From contig DATMIB010000067.1 in assembly GCA_035554635.1 (NCBI GenBank), positions 282 through 64,281 of the forward strand: a stretch of 64,000 bases of DNA, written 5' to 3'. Shown in pieces: positions 58,166 to 64,000 of the stretch; position 1 is the stretch's first letter; each line of letters starts with the position of its first letter. The notes beneath the pieces are model-generated. The model did not search any database. It was not told the DNA's origin and saw nothing but the letters and a program-made list of their open reading frames with translations. The position numbers were made by a program, and so were the translations under genes. Source of the DNA: Steroidobacteraceae bacterium (lineage in GTDB: Bacteria > Pseudomonadota > Gammaproteobacteria > Steroidobacterales > Steroidobacteraceae).

Positions 58166-58929
58166 CCGGCGTCCACGGCACTTTCGGTTACGCGCAATCG
58201 CGCATGCAGGCCCGGCTCGGCCGGCAGGCGGGCGTGCCCGGCCTGGTGCAGATGCGCGAGGCACGCACCCTCGTCGCGTACCTGCAGCAGGTGCGCAGCT
58301 CGCCCTGGTCGCGGCACGTCGCGCGTCTCGCACCGGACATGGATGCCCACGACCTCGAACGGCGGCTCCGCGAGGAGTGGCACTCGGCGGTCGAGGAAGT
58401 TGCGCGCTGGCAGCCACGCGAATGGCAAGCTGCCGTGCGCTGGCTCGGCTGGCTGCCGTGGCTGCCGGCGTTGCAGAAACTCGCGCGCGGCGGCCGCACA
58501 CCGGCCTGGACCCGCGAGGACGAGGTCCTCGCGCGCATCGTCGCCGCCACGCGCGAGACGCGTGCCGAGCGGCTCGAAGCCACGCCGTTGTACCCGCTGC
58601 GGCAGGCGGTCGCCGGCCACGGCGACGTCGTTGCCGCGTGGCTTGCGCATTGGCGTGGCCTCTGGACCGCCGACGCCGACGAACACGCCGGACTCGAGGG
58701 ACTGGTCGCCTCGACGCGTCGCGCCGTCCGGCTGCTCGCGAGCGACGACGCCGGCAACGCGACCGAGCTTGCACTACGGTCGTACGCGCACGCGTTGCGC
58801 CGGTCGTTCCGTCGCCATCCGCTCAGCGCGACGGCGGCCGTCGCGTACCTGGGTCTCGTCGCGCTCGACCTGCTGGAACTGCGCGGCGCCGCTGCCGTGC
58901 GCGCGGCGCTGCCGGCGATACCAGCATGA
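58162..58929 (+). CDS. V/A-type ATPase subunit C (eukaryotic d-like), short form
   Basis: N-terminus FGYAQSRMQARLGRQ.. resembles the YxYxNARVRAM start of the AC39 family. All-helical, 255 aa. ATGA overlaps at both ends. Confidence 0.55.
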   Translation: MTGVHGTFGYAQSRMQARLGRQAGVPGLVQMREARTLVAYLQQVRSSPWSRHVARLAPDMDAHDLERRLREEWHSAVEEVARWQPREWQAAVRWLGWLPWLPALQKLARGGRTPAWTREDEVLARIVAATRETRAERLEATPLYPLRQAVAGHGDVVAAWLAHWRGLWTADADEHAGLEGLVASTRRAVRLLASDDAGNATELALRSYAHALRRSFRRHPLSATAAVAYLGLVALDLLELRGAAAVRAALPAIPA

Positions 58930-60758
58930 TGCTGCGGGCCGACACGGCGCGCTGGTTCGAGCTGCTCACCTCGCGCGAGGAACTCGGTGCGGCGCTGGAG
59001 ACACTGGCGCGGACCCGCTCGGTGCAGCTGCAGTCGCACAGCGAGGCGACGACGCGGCTGCCGCTCCAGGACCTGCGTGAGCTGTTGTCGCGTTACGAAA
59101 CCCTCGCACGACGTCACGCGCGCTGGTGGCCCACGCCGCAGTTCCGTGCAGCCGGCCCCGGACGGGTGCTTCTCGAGACGCCGCGCGCGGCCCTCGACTC
59201 CGTGCAGGCGTGGGCACGCGCCGCCGAGCCGGTCGTCGCGGAACTCGAAGCGCTCGCGGTCGAACAGGAAGACCTCGCCGCGCTCGCCCGGCTCTGCGCC
59301 GACTCCCCCGCCGCCTTGCCGCGCCTCGACCGCGTTGCGACGGCGGGCCCGGTGCTCGCGAGCCGGCTGTACCTGCTGCCGCGCGGCACCGGCGTGCCGC
59401 CGTTGCCGCCGGCCGCGCTGGCACAGTGCTGTGCCGGCCTGCAGGCCGAGGAGACCTTCCTGCTCGTCGTCGGACCGCAGGAGGACCTGCCCGGTCTCGA
59501 CGCTGCGATTTCGGCGCGCCGGGGCCGACGGATCCCGCTGCCGACGAACCTGCCCGGCGGGCGGACGGAGTTGCCTGCCGCGATCGCGGACCGGGCCGCT
59601 CGGCTGCAGGCGCGCGTCGCGCACGCCCAGACGGCACTGCGGCGCCTGGACGAACTGCACGCGCTGGCACCGGCGCTCGGCGACCTCGCCCGTACGGCAT
59701 GGCTCGTCGCCGCCGTGCCGGAACTGCCCGTGACCGAGCACTTCGCCTGGATCACGGGCTGGTGCGCCGACGCGGACGATGCGGGGCTGCGTGCCGCACT
59801 CGACGCGCGCGGTCTGCACTACCTGTTGCACACACCCGCTGCGCCGTCCGGCGTCACGCCGCCCTCCGTGCTGCGCAATCCCCGCTGGGTACGGCCGTTC
59901 GAGGGCATGACGGCGATGATGGGCCTGCCGGCCAGCGGCGAAGCCGACCCGAGCGTGATCGTCGCGATCATCGCGCCGCTGATGTTCGGCTACATGTTCG
60001 GCGACGTCGTACAGGGCGCGATCATCGCGCTGCTCGGCGCCTGGCTCGGCGCCCGTGTGCCGGCACTGCGGCTGCTGGTGCCCGGCGGCCTCGTGGCGAT
60101 CGTGTTCGGCTTCGTCTTTGGCAGTGCCTTCGCGCGTGAGGACCTCGTCGCTCCGTTGTGGCTGCACCCGCTCGAGCAACCCTTGCCCGTGCTCGTCGTG
60201 GCGCTGTGCTTCGGCGCGGCGACGCTGCTGCTCGGTCTCGGGCTCGATGCGTTGCAACGCTCGTGGCAAGGCGGCCTGCGGCGATGGCTCGCGACCGACG
60301 CGGGCCTCGTGCTCGCCTACCTTGGCAGCGTCGGCGCACTGGTCGACGCACGCGCGCTGTGGGCCCTGCCGCTCGGCATCGGCTGGACGCTGCTCGGCGC
60401 CGCGACAGCGCGGCCGGAAGCACGCGCGAGTGCGGTCGTGCAGGCGGCCGGCACGACGCTCGAGCGGCTGCTGCAGCTAGCGGTCAACACGCTGTCGTTC
60501 GTGCGCGTCGGCGCCTTCGCGCTCGCCCACGCCGGCCTGTCCGCGGCCGTGGTCGGCATCGCCGAGATCGCAGGCGCGGGGTACTGGCCCGTGCTGGTGC
60601 TCGGCAACGTCGCGATCATCGCGCTCGAGGGCCTGGTCGTGAGCATCCAGACCACGCGCCTGGTGCTGTTCGAATTCTTCATTCGTTTCCTCACGGCGCG
60701 CGGCCGTCCGTTCGAGCCGCTCGCGCCGCCGCCCGCCCTGCCCGGAGGCACTACATGA
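58926..60758 (+). CDS. ntpI: V/A-type ATPase subunit I (a)
   Basis: 610 aa: a soluble N-terminal half and a roughly 290-aa polytopic C-terminal half with the stator-arginine helix NTLSFVRVGAFALAH and a terminal ALEGLVVSIQTTRLVLFEFFIRF motif. Confidence 0.85.
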   Translation: MMLRADTARWFELLTSREELGAALETLARTRSVQLQSHSEATTRLPLQDLRELLSRYETLARRHARWWPTPQFRAAGPGRVLLETPRAALDSVQAWARAAEPVVAELEALAVEQEDLAALARLCADSPAALPRLDRVATAGPVLASRLYLLPRGTGVPPLPPAALAQCCAGLQAEETFLLVVGPQEDLPGLDAAISARRGRRIPLPTNLPGGRTELPAAIADRAARLQARVAHAQTALRRLDELHALAPALGDLARTAWLVAAVPELPVTEHFAWITGWCADADDAGLRAALDARGLHYLLHTPAAPSGVTPPSVLRNPRWVRPFEGMTAMMGLPASGEADPSVIVAIIAPLMFGYMFGDVVQGAIIALLGAWLGARVPALRLLVPGGLVAIVFGFVFGSAFAREDLVAPLWLHPLEQPLPVLVVALCFGAATLLLGLGLDALQRSWQGGLRRWLATDAGLVLAYLGSVGALVDARALWALPLGIGWTLLGAATARPEARASAVVQAAGTTLERLLQLAVNTLSFVRVGAFALAHAGLSAAVVGIAEIAGAGYWPVLVLGNVAIIALEGLVVSIQTTRLVLFEFFIRFLTARGRPFEPLAPPPALPGGTT

Positions 60759-61108
60759 ACGCTTCGCGCCCGCGCTGGACCTTCGCCCTGACGCTCGTCA
60801 CCGCCACGACCCTCGTCGTCGCCACGCTGGCCCTGGTGCTGGCGTGGCCGGCGCTGGCCCAGTCGGTCGAGCCGCGCATCGTCGCGCCCGAAGTCGTGCG
60901 CTGGGGCTTCGCCGCGGCGGCGCTCGCCGCCGGCCTCGCGGCCCTCGGCGCGGGGTATGCGGTCGCGCAGGTCGGCACGGCGGCACTCGGCACGCTCGCC
61001 GAGAAGCCCGACCTGTTCGGCCGCGTGCTCGTGCTGGTCGGCCTCGCCGAGGGCATCGCCATCTACGGCCTGATCGTTTCGATCCTGATCCTGAACCGGC
61101 TCGGCTGA
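60755..61108 (+). CDS. ntpK: V/A-type ATPase proteolipid subunit K (c), single hairpin
   Basis: Gly/Ala-rich helix GLAALGAGYAVAQVGTAALGTLAEKPDLF plus a second helix VLVGLAEGIAIYGLIVSILI with the conserved carboxylate. Preceded by a signal-peptide-like segment. Confidence 0.85.
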   Translation: MNASRPRWTFALTLVTATTLVVATLALVLAWPALAQSVEPRIVAPEVVRWGFAAAALAAGLAALGAGYAVAQVGTAALGTLAEKPDLFGRVLVLVGLAEGIAIYGLIVSILILNRLG

Positions 61109-61109
61109 C

Positions 61110-61412
61110 ATGGCACGCGTCCTCTATCTCGGCGACGAAGTGACCGCCGCGGGCCTGCGGCTCGCCGGCGTCGATACGCTCGTGGTCGCCCCGGGCAACG
61201 CGGTGGCCGAGACACTGCGCGAAACGCTCGAAGACGACTGCGACTGCGTGCTGCTGTCCGCCGCGCTGGTGCCGTGCATTCCTGCGCCACGACTGCAGGA
61301 CGCGCTGCGATGCGGGTCGCCATTGCTGGCCGTCGTGCCGGACGTGCGCAGCGAGGAGCGCCTGCCGGACCTCGCGGCGGAGGTGCGCGACGCGCTGGGG
61401 CTCGAGGCATGA
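61110..61412 (+). CDS. V/A-type ATPase subunit F
   Basis: MARVLYLGDEVTAAGLRLAGVDTLVV.. is the typical subunit-F start (IAVIGDxDTVxGFRLAG pattern); 100 aa. Confidence 0.75.
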   Translation: MARVLYLGDEVTAAGLRLAGVDTLVVAPGNAVAETLRETLEDDCDCVLLSAALVPCIPAPRLQDALRCGSPLLAVVPDVRSEERLPDLAAEVRDALGLEA

Positions 61413-62068
61413 ACGCCGTCACCGTGCTCGAAACACAGACCCGGGCGCTGCTCGAGCGGCTGGCCAGGGAACAGGCTGCCCGGACGCAACGGCTGCGCGA
61501 CGAGGCCGCGGCACAGGCACGCGACATCGTGCGGCATGCGCGCACCGAGGCGCGCGAGCGCATCCACGAGGCCGTGCAGCAGACTCGACGCGAGCACGCG
61601 ACCGCGTTGCAGCGCCGTCGCGCGGCACTCGACACGCAACGCCGACGCGAGCACCAGGCCGCGCTGCGACGCTGGCTCGAGGACGCCTGGCAGCGGCTGC
61701 CCAGCGCCCTCGAGACGCGCTGGCTCGACCGCACGCAGCGCGAAGCCTGGTGCCGCGCCGCCTGTCGCCAGGCGGTGCAGAGCCTCGTGCACGGCGACAG
61801 GCTCGTGGTCCGGATCGATCCGCGCTGGCAGGAAGAATTGCGCCCGGTCGTCGAGCGCAGCTTGCCGGCCACCGGGAACGGCACGCTCGACGTCGTGCCG
61901 GTCGCGGGCCTCGGCGCCGGGCTCACGATCACGGGCGGCCGCGCCCAGGTCGACGCCACGCTCGCCGGCCTGCTGGCGGCGCGCGAACGCATCACGGCCG
62001 CGTTGCTGGCGGAAATCGAGACGGCCATCGAACCCGTGCATGATGCCGGGCAGAGCACCCCCGCATGA
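61409..62068 (+). CDS. V/A-type ATPase subunit E
   Basis: Long Arg/Glu/Ala-rich N-terminal helix followed by a C-terminal globular part ending ..GGRAQVDATLAGLLAARERITAALLAEI (the GG..xDxTlexll pattern of vATP-synt_E); 219 aa. Confidence 0.7.
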   Translation: MNAVTVLETQTRALLERLAREQAARTQRLRDEAAAQARDIVRHARTEARERIHEAVQQTRREHATALQRRRAALDTQRRREHQAALRRWLEDAWQRLPSALETRWLDRTQREAWCRAACRQAVQSLVHGDRLVVRIDPRWQEELRPVVERSLPATGNGTLDVVPVAGLGAGLTITGGRAQVDATLAGLLAARERITAALLAEIETAIEPVHDAGQSTPA

Positions 62069-63822
62069 GCACGGCACGCATCACCTGGATCGGCGGGCCG
62101 GTGCTGCGCGCCCGCACCGAGGGCTCGTTCGGCATCTTCGAGGCGGTCGCGATCGGCACACGCGGCCTGCTCGGCGAAGTGATCCAGTTGCGCTCGGACG
62201 AACTCGTCGCCCAGGTCTACGAGGACACGACCGGGCTCGAACCGGGCATGACGGTCACCGGGCTCGCGCGACCGCTGTCGGTGCCGCTCGGGCCCGGCCT
62301 GCTCGGCGGCATCTTCGACGGCTTGCTGCGACCGTTGACGGGCACCGACGACTTCCAGGTGCTGCCCGGCGCACAGGCCCGACTCGACGTGCAATGCGAG
62401 GTTCGCTTCGGCGTGCAGCCGGGTGATCGACTCGAGCCCGGCACCGCCTACGCCGAGGTGCACGCCGCGGGGGCGCGCCAGCAGTGGTTGCTGGTGCCGC
62501 CGGACGCGCGTGGGGTCGTGCACGAGGTTGCCGCGGACGGCGTGCATGGCAGCGACGAGGTGCTGCTCTTGCTGGTCGCGGACGACGGCACGCGTCACGG
62601 GCTCAAGCTGCACCACGACTGGCCGGTGCGCAGGCCGCGTCCCGTCCGTGAGCGGCTGGGTGCGCACGCCCCGATGATCACGGGGCAGCGCATCCTCGAC
62701 ACGCTGTTCCCGGTCGCGCGCGGCGGGCGCGCGGCGCTGCCCGGCGGCTTCGGCACCGGCAAGACCGTGCTGCAGGAAGCACTGGCGAAATGGTGCGACG
62801 CCGACGTGATCGTTTACGTCGGTTGTGGCGAGCGCGGCAACGAAATGGCCGAAGTGCTCGACGAGTTCCCGCAGCTGGAGGACCCGCGCACGGGGCGGCC
62901 GCTCGCCGAACGCACCGTGATCATCGCCAATACCTCGAACATGCCGGTGGCCGCGCGCGAGGCCAGCATCTACACGGCAATCACGGTCGCCGAATACTTC
63001 CGCGACCAGGGGCTGCACGTCGCGCTGATGGCGGACTCGACCAGCCGCTGGGCCGAAGCCCTGCGCGAAGTGTCGGGACGGCTCGGCGAGTTGCCGGGCG
63101 AGGCAGGGTACCCGGCGTACCTGAGCTCGCGGCTCGCGGAGTTCTACGAGCGCGCCGCGCGCGTGACGACGCTCGGCGGCCAGGAAGGCTCGGTGACGAT
63201 CATCGGTGCAATCAGCCCGCCCGCCGGCGATTTCTCCGAACCGGTGACGCTGCACACCAAGCGCTACGTGCGCTGCTTCTGGGCGCTCGACCGGCAGCGT
63301 GCGCAGGCCCGCTTCTATCCGGCCGTGCACCCGTTGCTGTCCTACGGCGCCGACACGGGCGAACTTGCCGACTGGTGGAAGGCCGCGGGCAATCCCGACT
63401 GGATGACGCAGCGACGACGCGCGCTCGAACTGCTCGAGGCACAGGCCCACCTCGAGCGCATGGCACGCATCGTGGGTCGCGACGCGCTGCCGTCGCAACA
63501 GCAGGTGAAGCTGCTCTGCGCCGACCTGCTCAACGAGGGCTTCCTGCGGCAGTCCTCGTTCTCGCCGGTCGACCGCTACTGCTCGCCGGCGCGCCAGGTG
63601 GCGATGCTCGCCGCGCTGCTGCACTTCATGGACCGCGCCGAGGCGGCGGTGGCCGCAGGCGTCGAACCGGCGCGCATCGCGGAAATCCCGCTGCTGCGCA
63701 CGCTGCAACGGCTCGGCGAGGAACTCGGCGAGACCGACCTGCCGCGGCTCCGCGAGCTGCCGCGCGAGATCGACCTGCAGTTCGATCGCCAGCCCGCACC
63801 GGAGACGGCCCATGCGCGCTGA
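62065..63822 (+). CDS. ntpA: V/A-type ATPase catalytic subunit A
   Basis: ITWIGGPVLRAR..; PGGFGTGKTVLQ (Walker A); VYVGCGERGNEMAEVL; VIIANTSNMPVAAREASIYTAITVAEYFRDQG; LMADSTSRWAEALREVSGRLGELPGEAGYPAYL. 585 aa with the A-subunit-specific insert. Confidence 0.95.
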   Translation: MSTARITWIGGPVLRARTEGSFGIFEAVAIGTRGLLGEVIQLRSDELVAQVYEDTTGLEPGMTVTGLARPLSVPLGPGLLGGIFDGLLRPLTGTDDFQVLPGAQARLDVQCEVRFGVQPGDRLEPGTAYAEVHAAGARQQWLLVPPDARGVVHEVAADGVHGSDEVLLLLVADDGTRHGLKLHHDWPVRRPRPVRERLGAHAPMITGQRILDTLFPVARGGRAALPGGFGTGKTVLQEALAKWCDADVIVYVGCGERGNEMAEVLDEFPQLEDPRTGRPLAERTVIIANTSNMPVAAREASIYTAITVAEYFRDQGLHVALMADSTSRWAEALREVSGRLGELPGEAGYPAYLSSRLAEFYERAARVTTLGGQEGSVTIIGAISPPAGDFSEPVTLHTKRYVRCFWALDRQRAQARFYPAVHPLLSYGADTGELADWWKAAGNPDWMTQRRRALELLEAQAHLERMARIVGRDALPSQQQVKLLCADLLNEGFLRQSSFSPVDRYCSPARQVAMLAALLHFMDRAEAAVAAGVEPARIAEIPLLRTLQRLGEELGETDLPRLRELPREIDLQFDRQPAPETAHAR

Positions 63823-64000
63823 CCTGCTGCTGCACGACGTCGTCACCCGCATCGAGGGGCCGCTGCTGTTCGCGCGACGCGAGGCGCACATCGGCCTCAA
63901 CTGCGCCGTCGAGGTGTTGCAGCAGGGCCGGCCCGCGCGGCTCGGACGCGTCGCCGCGCTCGACGACGCGAGCATGGTCTTCGAGGTGCTCGAGGAGACC
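63812..64000 (+). CDS. ntpB: V/A-type ATPase subunit B, N-terminal 63 codons (runs off the window)
   Basis: MRADLLLHDVVTRIEGPLLFARREAHIGLNCAVEVL.. is the N-terminal beta-barrel pattern of B subunits. The ATG at 63812 overlaps the end of A by 11 nt. Confidence 0.75.
   Translation, partial: MRADLLLHDVVTRIEGPLLFARREAHIGLNCAVEVLQQGRPARLGRVAALDDASMVFEVLEET

Noticed and set aside
61063-63975. 970-aa minus-strand ORF
   Set aside because: Antisense to the ATPase F/E/A/B genes, which carry Walker motifs on the plus strand.

Overview
A gene-dense, high-GC (by eye, not computed) proteobacterial chromosomal segment, almost entirely housekeeping. I saw no transposase, integrase, phage gene or CRISPR array. 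Left third, mostly minus strand: nitrilase-family hydrolase, yhdP, rng, maf, an OsmC-like gene, rlmH, rsfS, nadD and holA. A three-gene insert follows (pip, a hemerythrin-domain gene, an M20 peptidase), then lptE and leuS. Next is a tightly coupled miaB-phoH-ybeY-corC-lnt-MBL hydrolase chain. The middle holds two orphan sensor histidine kinases, ssb, an MFS gene and divergent uvrA. It also holds a GNAT, a small Ala-rich lipoprotein, pepQ, mscL and a 713-aa five-repeat lipoprotein. From 38.0 to 54.2 kb lies the full S10-spc-alpha ribosomal protein cluster (rpsJ to rplQ, with secY, rpmJ, rpoA). It is preceded directly by tuf and a tRNA-Tyr/Gly/Thr operon, with no secE-nusG-rplKAJL-rpoBC-rpsLG-fusA block in between. 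The right end holds an aldo/keto reductase, a TerC-family gene, murI and a small PilZ gene. It closes with a translationally coupled V/A-type rotary ATPase operon in the order G/H-like, C, I, K, F, E, A, B, which runs off the window. Main items for a second look: (1) the V/A-type ATPase operon with non-canonical gene order and a single-hairpin proteolipid; (2) a family of roughly 90-105 nt AT-richer hairpin elements built from inverted runs of heptads (GTGGYYA / CCACTRR) in the spacers of the tRNA-tuf-rpsJ-rplC region, plus a half copy between rpoA and rplQ; (3) a 342-nt spacer with a near-consensus promoter splitting rpsJ from rplC; (4) the tRNA-tuf-rpsJ junction, which could be rearrangement or assembly collapse; (5) two further intergenic repeat families; (6) Lys/Ala/Pro-rich tails on RsfS and L17. 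All calls come from reading the supplied translations and the sequence. No database search was run.
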